This document shows, one piece after another, positions 1-9,355 of a stretch of 64,000 nucleotides of DNA. The notes beneath the pieces are model-generated. The model searched no databases. It saw only the letters and a program-made list of their open reading frames with translations, and was not told where the DNA came from. Every line of letters begins with the position of its first letter. The stretch's first letter is position 1. This stretch comes from a bacterium. Its GTDB lineage: Bacteria; UBA8248. The position numbers were made by a program, and so were the translations under genes. Where the stretch lies: positions 1,529,654-1,593,653 of the forward strand of contig OZ241996.1 of assembly GCA_965204535.1 (NCBI GenBank), written 5' to 3'.

Positions 1-204
1 TCGAATACGCTGATCAGCCCGCGGGGGATACTGAATCCCTGGCTCGTCATTCGGGTGGGCGAACCCATCTCGCCGCTGCACGGGAAGAACGGCAGGGAGT
101 ACCGCCGGGAATTCGCCCAGAGCATCTTCGACGCGATCCTGAAACTCGAGGCAGATTTTCTGGCCTCGCGGCAGGGGAAGAAACAGGCGGGGCGAGGCGC
201 GTAG
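1..204 (+). CDS. 3' end of a gene truncated by the window edge; possibly a lysophospholipid acyltransferase family C-terminus
   Basis: Frame 1 is open from base 1 to TAG at 202-204: ...NPWLVIRVGEPISP...EFAQSIFDAILKLE... The 'IRVGEPI' strand plus final amphipathic helix resembles PlsC-family C-termini. Confidence 0.4.
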   Translation, partial: SNTLISPRGILNPWLVIRVGEPISPLHGKNGREYRREFAQSIFDAILKLEADFLASRQGKKQAGRGA

Positions 205-278
205 CAGGCGATTGAAATTTCAGGTGCGAGGGCTTTGTTTTGTTGCAATCCGGCTGTTGCTGATCCCGACCGGTAGGA

Positions 279-720
279 GGTTGTTGAAAAAGTCCTGCGC
301 ACCCCTCGAATGGAGGCCGTAGGGGTCAGACATATATGTCTGACCCTGTGGCCGCCCGTCGGTCGTATTCACCTCGATATAGGAAGGGCACGAGAACCAC
401 GGACAGGCACGGGGGCCTGTCCCTACGGATACCTGGTCGACATTGACCGCCGCCGGAATGACGAACGAAAACTTCTCGGCAAACGGGAAATTGCCGTGTA
501 GGGGTCGCATACATGCGACCCGCCCCGCGGACACAAAACCAGGGCCGCATATATGCGGCCCCTACAAAACCATCGTATCCCCACCGCTTGAGAGGGCCTT
601 TTCAACAGCCCTGACAAGGGGGGGTAGGGGGGTTGCCTTTCCAGTCCGAGAGTGCATCCTTCGATACGGCGCTTGCGCGCCTATTCAGGATGAGGTGGAT
701 AGGGCTTTTCCAACAGCCCC
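279..720. repeat. Composite repeat nest: MITE-like ends enclosing two GTAG-REP pairs, plus the right half of the 218-bp MITE
   Basis: GGTTGTTGAAAAA at 279-291. REP palindromes at 319-346, 401-426, 498-521 and 542-565, with GTAGGG or CCCTAC ends. TTTTCAACAGCCC at 599-611, then CCCTGACAAGGGGGGGTAGGGGGGGTTGCC, then TTTTCCAACAGCCCC at 706-720. Confidence 0.8.
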
Positions 721-744
721 GACAGGGCCAATCGGCTGAAAGAC

Positions 745-783
745 CCGCCCGGGGCCGTGGACTCCCGCCCACGGCCCCGGCGG
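745..783 (-). terminator. Probable intrinsic terminator or stabilising hairpin after the porin gene
   Basis: 12-bp stem CCGGGGCCGTGG/CCACGGCCCCGG (749-760/769-780) just past the porin stop; only a weak U-tract. Confidence 0.55.
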
Positions 784-789
784 AGCATC

Positions 790-2136
790 CTAGAAGCTAT
801 ACACAAAACCCAACTGCAGGCGCGTCGCGTCGCCCTCCTCGCCGCGGTTCGTCTCGCGCCAGCCCTGAATGATCTCCGCACCAATCCTCGTCTTGGGCGC
901 GGGTGACCACCAGACGTTGGCGTGCAGCGTCTGGAGCGACTGGCTGAGGGCCGGATACACCGCCTTGGCGGCATCTTCAAAATCGTTCTCCACCCAGCCG
1001 TAATACAGGCCTGAACTCACGGAGCCGCTCCAGTTGTGCGTGATGCCGACGAAACCGCCCATGGAATCCAGCGCCTCCAGCTCGTTGTTCGCCCCCAGAA
1101 TGGCGGCGGCGGAAGCCCCGAGCATGGATTTATCCAATCCGCCTGCGCCGACGTTGAACGTGCCCCACAGGCGGGTGTCCTTGCCCAAGCCGATGTTCGC
1201 GCCGAGGTGGAGGGCGGAGATCGTGACGCTTTCTTCCACCGCGCCACTTTCGTAGAGAACCTGCCCCAGCAACCCCGACACGTTTATGGCGCCCCAACTC
1301 GTTTTCAGGCGCAGAGCAGCTACAAGATTCGGCAACCGCTCCTGTGAGGACTTCGTGAGGAAATCCGGTTCACCGGCCTCCCCCCTTTTTGGATTGTTAG
1401 TCAGAATAGTCGGGGCGTTTGGATCCTCGAGCGCGACCTGCATTGTGAGGTTCTTTCCCATGGCCTGGGAGTAGCGGACTTGTGGCCGGCGCGTGGCGAT
1501 CACGCCCACCGGGCCTTCGAAATCGATCGTATCGGCGTAGGTGTTTTCATCCATCAACGTCGTCCAGGTCTGGCCCGCCAGCACCCCGCCCAAAGAGGCG
1601 TAGGCATGACGCAGGCGCAGTGCGTTGCCGCCGCCGTAGAAATCGGTTTCGATCCGTGTCTTGAGCCCGCCCATTTTCGTCGACGTCAGGCTGTCGAAGC
1701 GGAGGCGCGTCTGCCTGGCGTGCAGGGAGGCTTTGCGCTGACCACTGTCATCGCCCTCCAGGAGAATGCCGCTCGCGCCGCCTCCCCAGTCATAGCCGAA
1801 AAAGGAATCGCCCAGATCCTGGTCGAGATCGTAGATGGCGTCGAGTTTCACGTAGCCGCTGAACGAGACGGAAGTGTTCGATCCCGGCATCTTCCAGGAA
1901 CCCGGAAAGTCGCCGGTGGCCACGGCCTTTTTCTGGGCGGCTTCCTGGGCGGCCATCATATCGGCCTTCATCTTCTTCTCCCGGGCTTCGAGAGCTTCGA
2001 GCCGCTCCATGAGCGCCTTGATCTGCGCCTTGAGATCGTCTATCTCGCCTCCGGCGGCCGGCGCGGCGAACAACGCCAAGGCCGTTACACACCCAAGAAG
2101 CGCCAAACCGAAACGATTTGCCCGATTTCTCTTCAT
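790..2136 (-). CDS. DcaP-family trimeric outer-membrane porin
   Basis: Signal peptide MKRNRANRFGLALLG...AAG, N-terminal coiled coil, 'GYVKLDAIYD', 'HARQTRL', 'RLRHAY', 'GQTWT', C-terminal Phe (GFVYSF). Start moved to ATG 2136 with a GGGGAGAG RBS. Confidence 0.85.
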   Translation of the reverse strand: MKRNRANRFGLALLGCVTALALFAAPAAGGEIDDLKAQIKALMERLEALEAREKKMKADMMAAQEAAQKKAVATGDFPGSWKMPGSNTSVSFSGYVKLDAIYDLDQDLGDSFFGYDWGGGASGILLEGDDSGQRKASLHARQTRLRFDSLTSTKMGGLKTRIETDFYGGGNALRLRHAYASLGGVLAGQTWTTLMDENTYADTIDFEGPVGVIATRRPQVRYSQAMGKNLTMQVALEDPNAPTILTNNPKRGEAGEPDFLTKSSQERLPNLVAALRLKTSWGAINVSGLLGQVLYESGAVEESVTISALHLGANIGLGKDTRLWGTFNVGAGGLDKSMLGASAAAILGANNELEALDSMGGFVGITHNWSGSVSSGLYYGWVENDFEDAAKAVYPALSQSLQTLHANVWWSPAPKTRIGAEIIQGWRETNRGEEGDATRLQLGFVYSF

Positions 2137-2357
2137 ATCTCTCTCCCCCGTGAGAAGTTCTGCAAAAGGCGTCCTGTACATGATGAGGCGATTGCACACA
2201 CAACCACCTCTTCGGGTTATATGTATTCCTTGTCGAGCGAATAATCGGGTGGATGCCTCGCCCATCCCTACCCGAGGGCGCAATCAAGCATATTTATGAA
2301 CAGTAGTATCCCACATCAATCCTCAAAATTCGAGAAAAAAGACCGAGGCCGCCAGGG

Positions 2358-3224
2358 TCAGGACGCGCCCAGGGCCTTCAGGATGGTTCGACGAACCAGA
2401 ACGGGCGTCACCTGCCGCCTGTAATCGCTGCTGGCGCGGATATCGGTCAGAGGCTCCAGGTCATCGAGCGTGTCCGCGAGTACGGCGTCGATGTTCTCCT
2501 GGTTGAGTTCCTCCCCCCGGAGGCCCTCTTCCGCCGCCGTGAGACGCCTGAATACGGCCTCCACGCCGCCCAGGCCGATCCTCGCTTCTTTTGCAGTCTT
2601 GCCGTCTTCTTCGGTGAGCACCGCCGTGGAGACGGATACGCAGGGCTTGTCCTCTTTCGAGCGCGTGGTGAAGCGCGTGCACGCCGTCCGGAAGCCGTCC
2701 GGCAGCGGGTCGACCTCTATCGAGCACAGCAATTCATCCTCTTCCAGCGCGCATTCGTAATAGCCCGTCCAGAACTCCGCCGCGGGAATCACGCGCTCCG
2801 TTCCGTCCGCCTTCCTGGCGTTCATCCGGGCCTCGAGAGCCAGAAACGCGCCCGGGGGATCGGAGGCCGGCTCCGCAAAGCACAGGTTGCCGCCCACCGT
2901 CCCCTGGTTTCGGATGCGAATGGTCGCCACGTTGTGGAAGATTTCCGCAAGCAGCGGGAATCGCTCCTGCACGAGCGGGGAGGTTTCGATCTTGCGGTGC
3001 ACCGTCTTCGCCCCGATGCGGAGGCCGCCGTTGTCGGTTCCTTCGATGAAATCCAGATCCCCCGCGCCCGCGATGTCAATCAACACCTCGGGTTCGTATA
3101 CCCGCGATTTCATGAGGATCGAGAGGGCCACGCCGCCGGCGAACACTTTCCCGTCCTCGCCGTGCTCCTTCAGGGCGGCGAGCGTTTCCTCCGCGCTGTT
3201 CGCGGGTAGATGCCGAAAAGCCAT
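2358..3224 (-). CDS. Xanthine dehydrogenase family FAD-binding (medium) subunit
   Basis: AGG FAD loop, 'IRNQGTVGGNLC', 'D-IRASSDYRR' C-terminus typical of CoxM/XdhB subunits. Confidence 0.9.
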   Translation of the reverse strand: MAFRHLPANSAEETLAALKEHGEDGKVFAGGVALSILMKSRVYEPEVLIDIAGAGDLDFIEGTDNGGLRIGAKTVHRKIETSPLVQERFPLLAEIFHNVATIRIRNQGTVGGNLCFAEPASDPPGAFLALEARMNARKADGTERVIPAAEFWTGYYECALEEDELLCSIEVDPLPDGFRTACTRFTTRSKEDKPCVSVSTAVLTEEDGKTAKEARIGLGGVEAVFRRLTAAEEGLRGEELNQENIDAVLADTLDDLEPLTDIRASSDYRRQVTPVLVRRTILKALGAS

Positions 3225-3243
3225 TTTTTCTCCCCTCTCCTCG

Positions 3244-5529
3244 TTATTCGCCGTTTTTCTCGTTGAGCGCGGTCAGCACCTTCTCCGGCGTTATCGGCAG
3301 CGACGTGATCCGCACGCCGACGGCGTCGTAGATCGCGTTGCCTATCGCCGCCGAGGTTCCCAGCTGCGCCATCTCACCCAGCCCCTTTGCGCCGAAAGGC
3401 CCTGAGGGATTCTCCGTCTCGATGAGCACCGCCTCGAGCTCGGGCAAATCCTGGGTGGTGGGCAGCTTGTAATCGAGCCAGTTCGGATTCACCGGCTGGC
3501 CGTCTTCGACCTCGAAATCCTCCATCATGGCGTAGCCCACGCCCATGACCGCGCCGCCGTCCAACTGACCCTGCGCGCCGGCGGGATTCACGATGGTTCC
3601 GCAGTCGTTCGTGCTGATGACGCGCAACACCTCGAACGCGCCGGTCTCGGTGTCCACTTCCACCTCGGCCACCTTCGCGCCGTATGCGTAGGCCGCGGAC
3701 CAGTTCCCGTAGCCCGTCACGGGGTCGGGCGTCTCGCTCGGCGAGTCGTACGAAGACGCCGTGTAGACGGCCTCGCTGCCCTCTTTCTCGTATATCTTCA
3801 TGTAGGCTTCGCTGTGGGTCACCTGCCGCTCGGGAGAGCTGGTGACGAAAATCCTGCCCTCGCGGGCGTCCAGGTCGTTCGGGTCGCACTCGAGCAATTC
3901 CGCCGCGCCCTTGAAGAGCATGTTCCTCGCCTGGACCGACGCCAGGCGCGTGGCCTCGCCGTCGATGGTCGTCGTGCGGCTTCCGCGCACGCCCCACCCG
4001 TAGGGGTTCACCGCGGTATCGCCGTTGATGATCCGCACGTCTTCCACGCGTACCCCGATCGCCTCGGCGCAAATCTGCGCCAGCGTGGTGTCCGAGCCGT
4101 TGCCCATCTCGATGGTCCCCGAGAGCAACTGCACGGTGCCGTCCTTGTTCATCTTGATGAACGCGCCCGCCGTCTCCGGCCCCATCGCGCGCGCGCCGGT
4201 GAAGTGAACCGCAGCGGCCAGCCCGTAGCCGCGCCTTTTCCCGTTGCTGCCCGGCTGCTTCTGCCTCCAGGGCACGCGCTTGACCGCCTCCTCCACGCAT
4301 TCGGAAACGCCGCAACTGGTGATCTTGGCCCCGATGATGGTGGTGTCGCCCTTTTTCACGAAGTTCTTGATGCGAAACTCCGCCGGGTCCATGCCGATCT
4401 CCTCGGCGTGTTTCTCCATGGCGAGTTCGGAGCCGAACGCATAGCCGGCGTTGCCGATTCCGCGCATCGCGCCGCCGGGCGGCACGTTCGTGCAGACCAC
4501 GTCGGCGTGGTGGCGATAGGCCTTGTAGTTGTAGATGCTCCCGCCCATGTGGGCCGTGATGCCGCCGACCGCCGGGCCGTAATCCGAATAGCCGCCGTTT
4601 TCCACCACCATCTTGGTGTCGCGCGCGAGCAGCATGCCGTCCTTGTCGGTGGCGATGCGCCACACGTGAAACTGCTTCGTCCGGTGGGTGCCCAGGAGGA
4701 ACTCCTCTTCGCGCGTGTAGTAGAATTTCACGGGGCGGTCCAGCATCTTCGCCGCGATGATGGAGAGGAAATCGATGTTGAACTTGCTCGTCGCCTTGCC
4801 GCCGAAACCCCCGCCCACGTAGTTCGTGATCACGCGAATCTGGGCCTCGGGAATCTTCAGGAGTTTCGCGAAATACTGGCTCGAAAGACTCGGGCACTGC
4901 GAGGAGTTGTAAACCGTCACGTCGCCTTTGCGCGACCATTCGGCGATGGAGACGTGCGCCTCCAGGGAGCCGTGCATCTGGCGTGAGGAGGAAGTGGCCA
5001 ACTCGCTCACGTGGTGGGCCTCGTCGAACATGCGGTCCACGTCGCCGAATTCCATATGCTTGGTGAAGGCGATGTTGTTCGGGTACCTGTCGTGGATGAC
5101 GGGGGCGCCCTCTTCCATCGCTTCTCTCGGGTCGAAGACGGCGGGAAGCTCCTCGTAGTCGACGTCGATCAGATCGAGCGCTTCCACCGCGATGTCTTCT
5201 GAAGTCGCCACGACGGCCGCCACCGAGTCGCCCACGTGGCGCACCTTGTCCGAGGCGAGGGGACGCTGGTCGTAGCAAACGGGCACGACGCCCCACTCCA
5301 CGCCCTCGGGGATATCCTTGTACGTCAATATGCGCTTGACGCCGGGGAGCTTCTCGGCCCGGCTGGTGTCGATGTTCTTGATCCGCGCGTGCGGCAGGGG
5401 ACTCCCCAGCAGCCTGCCGTGGAGCATTTTGGGCAACTGCAGGTCCAGGGTGAACATGGCCCGGCCCGTTACCTTTTCCGGCCCATCGACGCGCGGTACG
5501 CTTTTCCCGATGTATGAGAGTTCAGCCAT
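3244..5529 (-). CDS. Xanthine dehydrogenase family molybdopterin-binding (large) subunit
   Basis: 'RVDGPEKVTG', 'VGGGFGGK', 'AMRGIG', 'EMGNGS', 'GSRTT', 'GAKGLGE'. ATG 5529 has a GGAGG RBS. Confidence 0.92.
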   Translation of the reverse strand: MAELSYIGKSVPRVDGPEKVTGRAMFTLDLQLPKMLHGRLLGSPLPHARIKNIDTSRAEKLPGVKRILTYKDIPEGVEWGVVPVCYDQRPLASDKVRHVGDSVAAVVATSEDIAVEALDLIDVDYEELPAVFDPREAMEEGAPVIHDRYPNNIAFTKHMEFGDVDRMFDEAHHVSELATSSSRQMHGSLEAHVSIAEWSRKGDVTVYNSSQCPSLSSQYFAKLLKIPEAQIRVITNYVGGGFGGKATSKFNIDFLSIIAAKMLDRPVKFYYTREEEFLLGTHRTKQFHVWRIATDKDGMLLARDTKMVVENGGYSDYGPAVGGITAHMGGSIYNYKAYRHHADVVCTNVPPGGAMRGIGNAGYAFGSELAMEKHAEEIGMDPAEFRIKNFVKKGDTTIIGAKITSCGVSECVEEAVKRVPWRQKQPGSNGKRRGYGLAAAVHFTGARAMGPETAGAFIKMNKDGTVQLLSGTIEMGNGSDTTLAQICAEAIGVRVEDVRIINGDTAVNPYGWGVRGSRTTTIDGEATRLASVQARNMLFKGAAELLECDPNDLDAREGRIFVTSSPERQVTHSEAYMKIYEKEGSEAVYTASSYDSPSETPDPVTGYGNWSAAYAYGAKVAEVEVDTETGAFEVLRVISTNDCGTIVNPAGAQGQLDGGAVMGVGYAMMEDFEVEDGQPVNPNWLDYKLPTTQDLPELEAVLIETENPSGPFGAKGLGEMAQLGTSAAIGNAIYDAVGVRITSLPITPEKVLTALNEKNGE

Positions 5530-5872
5530 CACAACCTCCACTCGTTAGCGGCGCCGAACCGCATGCCGCAGGGCGTTTTTATGTTCTTATCCTTTGTTTG
5601 ATTTTCGAATGAATAGACCATCCCCCCATCGCCATCCCCTCGGGACTCGGCAGAACGCGACGGTATTTCGCTTGCTTTCGATTCTCGCATTATAACAACA
5701 CGAAGGAGAAAACAAAACATCAAAAATCGACGCGGAGAGGCTCCTTGCGCCATTCCGGGGAACCCCTCCCTCCCGCTTTCTCCCCTTCGGTTTGTGGTGT
5801 ATCATCCGCCGTACTGAAACCGGAAAATAAACTTTCGAAACATCCCGCAAACACCAGAACTGGAGTATCGTA

Positions 5873-6619
5873 ATGCCCATTCGTTTTGATTTTCAGGGCC
5901 GAAAGGTCATTCTCACGGGCGCGGCGGGCGCGATGGGAAGCCGCATCCTGCAGGGATACATCGAGGCCGGCGCCAAAGTTTTCGCCACCGACAGGGAAGG
6001 CCCGGCGTTCGACGCCATCGAAGGCCCGTCCGATCAGCTCTTCAAGCTCCCCTGCGACCTGGCCGACGTGGACGCCATCCGCACCACCATGCGCGCGGCG
6101 CTCGAATGGCTGGGCGGCTGCGACGTGCTGGCGAACGTGGCCGGCTACATGCCGATTCGCCCGCCGATGGAACTCGAAGAAGACGACTGGAACGTCGTGC
6201 TGAACGTGAACCTGCTGGCGCCCTATTTCTGCATCCAGGAGACCATCGAGGCGCTCAAGGCCTCGGGAACGGGGCGCATCGTCAGCTTCGCGTCCATCGC
6301 GGGGAAAATGGGGGGTATCGGCCCCAATCTCACCTACTCCGCCGCCAAGGCGGGCCTGCTCGCCATGACGTTCAACCTCGCGCGCGAATTGGCGAAAACG
6401 GGCGTGACGATCAACACCATACAGCCGGGTCCGGCCGATACGGGCCTTCACTTCCAGTCCCCGCCCGAGATGCTCGTGAACGCCGAGAAGGCCCATCCCA
6501 TGGGCAGACTCACGACGCCCGAAGACGTGTGGCAGACCGTCCTGTTCCTATCGAGCGAGGAGGCCGCCCACATCAACGGCGAGGCGGTGGACGTGAACGG
6601 CGGCTTCTGGACGGACTAG
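5873..6619 (+). CDS. SDR family NAD(P)-dependent oxidoreductase
   Basis: TGAAGAMG, NVAG, YSAAK, VNGG motifs. Confidence 0.9.
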   Translation: MPIRFDFQGRKVILTGAAGAMGSRILQGYIEAGAKVFATDREGPAFDAIEGPSDQLFKLPCDLADVDAIRTTMRAALEWLGGCDVLANVAGYMPIRPPMELEEDDWNVVLNVNLLAPYFCIQETIEALKASGTGRIVSFASIAGKMGGIGPNLTYSAAKAGLLAMTFNLARELAKTGVTINTIQPGPADTGLHFQSPPEMLVNAEKAHPMGRLTTPEDVWQTVLFLSSEEAAHINGEAVDVNGGFWTD

Positions 6620-6631
6620 GAGGAGAACACC

Positions 6632-7468
6632 ATGCCGAACGACAACCCGAAAGGATATGCGAACCCCGACCTGCTCTGGTCGGCAGTACTTCTCAAAGAG
6701 CGCATGGACGACCCGAATTTGAGAATCATCGACACGCGCCCCGGCGAGCGCTATACGATGGGCCACATCCCCGGCGCGCGGCATTTCGACGTCTACGGCG
6801 TGAACAGCGACGACTCGGACGAGGCCCCCTTGAGGAATTTCTTCTCCATGTGGGCGTTCCTGCTCGGGAACCGCGGGGTGTCGTTCGAGAACACCATCGT
6901 CTTCTACGACGACTTCGTCGGCAACACGAGCGTGCGCGGCTTCTGGATGCTGGAGCTTTTCGGCCACAAGGACGTGCACGTGCTCGACGGCGGCTACGGC
7001 GCCTGGGAGCGGGCGGGCTACGAGACGACGCGCGACGCCGAGGTGCCAAAGGCCGCTGCATTCGAGATGGCGTTCGAGCCGGATCGCCTCGCCACGCGCG
7101 AGGACGTGCTGGCGGCCATCGAGGACGACAACCACATGCTGCTCGACACCCGCTCGGTTGAGGAGTGGGAGGGGCGCAGCATGCGCGCGAAGCGCAGCGG
7201 CATCATCCCCGGCGCGGTCTGGCAGGAATGGCTCCAGCACCTGACGCCTGAGGGCGAGATGAAGCCGGCGGATGAGCTTCGCGCGCAGTTCGAGGCCATC
7301 GGGGTCACGCCCGACAAAGAAGTGACCACCTACTGACAGACGGGCTACCGTGCGGCGCACGGTTACTTCGCCCTGCGGCTTCTCGATTACCCCAAGGTGA
7401 GGAACTACATGAGCTCCTGGAAGGAATGGGGCAACCGAGACGACACGCCCATCGTCCAGGCGCAATAG
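6632..7468 (+). CDS. Two-domain sulfurtransferase (rhodanese/SseA-like), probable selenoprotein with Sec at TGA 7334-7336
   Basis: GHIPGA, VLDGG, LLDTR and GIIPGA motifs. The in-frame TGA sits at the catalytic Cys (TTY-U-QTGYRAAH). The frame continues through the conserved 'VRNYMSSWKEWG' to TAG 7466-7468. Confidence 0.88.
7337..7375 (+). promoter_or_regulatory. Putative bacterial SECIS element
   Basis: ACCGTGC-GGC-GCACGGT hairpin (7347-7363) with a lower GGGC/GCCC stem. The G-first apical loop starts 18 nt after UGA. Confidence 0.7.
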
Positions 7469-7594
7469 GGCGTACATAAGCGGAAAGACGCGGCGTGAAG
7501 GGCTCCACGGCCGAACTCGTCTCCGTCACGCCGTCGGGCCTGAGGACGCTCTCGCAGTATTACTGGATTGAGAAGATTGACTTGAAGAGGTAAC

Positions 7595-7614
7595 GGGAGA
7601 GAAGGCGCTCTCCC
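7595..7614. terminator. Short hairpin between convergent genes
   Basis: GGGAGAG-aaggcg-CTCTCCC; no clear U-tract. Confidence 0.3.
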
Positions 7615-7642
7615 CGCGCATGTCAAACCCGAATTCGCCCCC

Positions 7643-8068
7643 TCACATCTCCCTCGGGTGCAGCTCTTCGTACTTGCCGTGATCCGTATCGATATCCGCC
7701 ATGTGGCGGAAGATTTCCTCGTACCCCGGTGGTGAGAACATCCACAGGAGTTTGAGGGGAACGTCGCCGGTGTTCCTCAGGCCGTGCTCCACGCCCACGG
7801 GCAGAAAGGCGGTCATGCCCGCCTTGACCTGATAGACCTCGCCGTCCACCTCCACTTCGGCTTCGCCCTCGTGGAAGAAGAGGATTTCTTCTTCTTTCTC
7901 ATGCAGATGTACGGGGATGCCGCCGCCGACGGGGATGTCCTGATTCCCCATGCTGAGCATTCGGGAGTTCGTGTTCCGGGGGTCGATGAGGATGCGCCAG
8001 CCCCGGGGCAATTCTATATCGACCATCTCGATCTTTTCGCCGTCGTCCCAATCGAACACGTATGTCAT
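7643..8068 (-). CDS. Cupin domain protein
   Basis: 'PVHLHEKEEEILFFHEG' and 'FLPVGVEHGLRNTG' match cupin motifs 1 and 2. Confidence 0.88.
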   Translation of the reverse strand: MTYVFDWDDGEKIEMVDIELPRGWRILIDPRNTNSRMLSMGNQDIPVGGGIPVHLHEKEEEILFFHEGEAEVEVDGEVYQVKAGMTAFLPVGVEHGLRNTGDVPLKLLWMFSPPGYEEIFRHMADIDTDHGKYEELHPREM

Positions 8069-8126
8069 GCGGATACCCTCCCCGGCCTGCGCTCGCGAGG
8101 GGTGGCCGCACCGGGTGAGCGGCGCG

Positions 8127-9164
8127 TCAGGCCATCGCGGGCGCGACCTCAGTGGCGAATCTTTCCAGAAGTTTCAGAGAATCCTCGTGCTTCATCCCGT
8201 CGCCGTAAACGCCGAGAATCACGTGGTTCAGCCCGAAATCGTGCTTCAAGCGGTAAAGCTCCTGAATGTTCTCCTCCACGGAGCCGATGACGCCGCCGCC
8301 TTTCAGGAACTCGCGCACGTCGAGCTTGTAGCTCCAGTTGCGCTGGAGGTGCCTGCCCTCCTCGTCGGTGAAATCCACTTCGTTCACCCTGGCGCGGTAT
8401 TCGAGATAAGAGGAAAGCCCGCGCTCGAAGGTTTTGAGGTAATCGGCCTGCTGATTATCCTCACAGACGTAGAAGCGGTGCGTCATGGTGTAGTCGATAT
8501 CGGACAGGTCGCCCCCGGCCGCCGCCACGGCTTCTTCGTAGAGCTTCATCTTGTCGCGGTAGACTTTGGGTCCCTTGAAGCCGGCAGAAGCCATGATCTT
8601 GAAGCCGTTCTCGCCCGCGTAGGTGTATGTCTCGGGACTCGTGCCCGCGAGCCAGATGGGCGGCCTCGGCTTCTGGAGGGGCTTGGGGAAGATTTCAACG
8701 TCTTTGCACTGATAAAACTCGCCCTCGAAGGTCACCTGCTCCCCTTCCAGGAGCCTCGATACGATCTCCATCCCCTCGACGAGCCGCTTTCTGCTCTCAG
8801 AGGGCCTTGCGCCGAACGTCTTGAACTCCTTGGGCTGGGAACCCCGGCCCACGCCGAGTTCGAGCCGCCCGCCGCTCAAAAGATCGACCACCGCCGCCTG
8901 CTCGGCGAGGCGCACCGGATTGTGGAAGGGCATGATCGATATCGCCGTCCCGAGTCGGATGTTCTTCGTCTTCTGCGCCAGCGCCGCGCACCACAGCAGG
9001 GGATCGGGGCACATGCCGACCTTCGAGAAATGGTGCTCCGCGAACCATGCGCAGTGGTAGCCCAACTCATCCGCCGCCTGGCATTGCTCCATCACCTTCT
9101 GGTAGGCGTCGGCTTCGGTTTCATCCCCCTCGGGGCAAATCACGTAAAAAATCGAGAATTTCAT
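8127..9164 (-). CDS. LLM-class flavin-dependent oxidoreductase (luciferase-like)
   Basis: 'WFAEHH', 'IRLGTA', 'DLLSGGRLELGVGRG', 'PKPLQKPRPPIW'. Confidence 0.92.
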   Translation of the reverse strand: MKFSIFYVICPEGDETEADAYQKVMEQCQAADELGYHCAWFAEHHFSKVGMCPDPLLWCAALAQKTKNIRLGTAISIMPFHNPVRLAEQAAVVDLLSGGRLELGVGRGSQPKEFKTFGARPSESRKRLVEGMEIVSRLLEGEQVTFEGEFYQCKDVEIFPKPLQKPRPPIWLAGTSPETYTYAGENGFKIMASAGFKGPKVYRDKMKLYEEAVAAAGGDLSDIDYTMTHRFYVCEDNQQADYLKTFERGLSSYLEYRARVNEVDFTDEEGRHLQRNWSYKLDVREFLKGGGVIGSVEENIQELYRLKHDFGLNHVILGVYGDGMKHEDSLKLLERFATEVAPAMA

Positions 9165-9355
9165 GTCACCTCATCCTTCGTCTTCTTGTGAAACACGGGC
9201 ATAAACCATCCTTCCATCTCCCCTCCCGGGCGGTTTCCCCCTTGAATGGAACCAGCAAATTACCATCTTCTTCACGGCCTGAGAAGCGCTCCGGCCTTGC
9301 GAGACAATTTTTCCGACCTGGGCTAGGATGCGGCATCATCCAAAGGAGGAAAGGC

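Noticed and set aside
3244-5529. Aerobic CO dehydrogenase CoxL
   Set aside because: Lacks the AYxCSFR (form I) and AYxGAGR (form II) loops and has no cox accessory genes.
6632-7336. Sulfurtransferase (and the AhpD-like gene) as nonsense-mutated pseudogenes
   Set aside because: In both genes the only stop is TGA at the catalytic Cys, the downstream frame is intact, and a SECIS-like hairpin follows. Sec recoding is more parsimonious, though unproven without sel genes.
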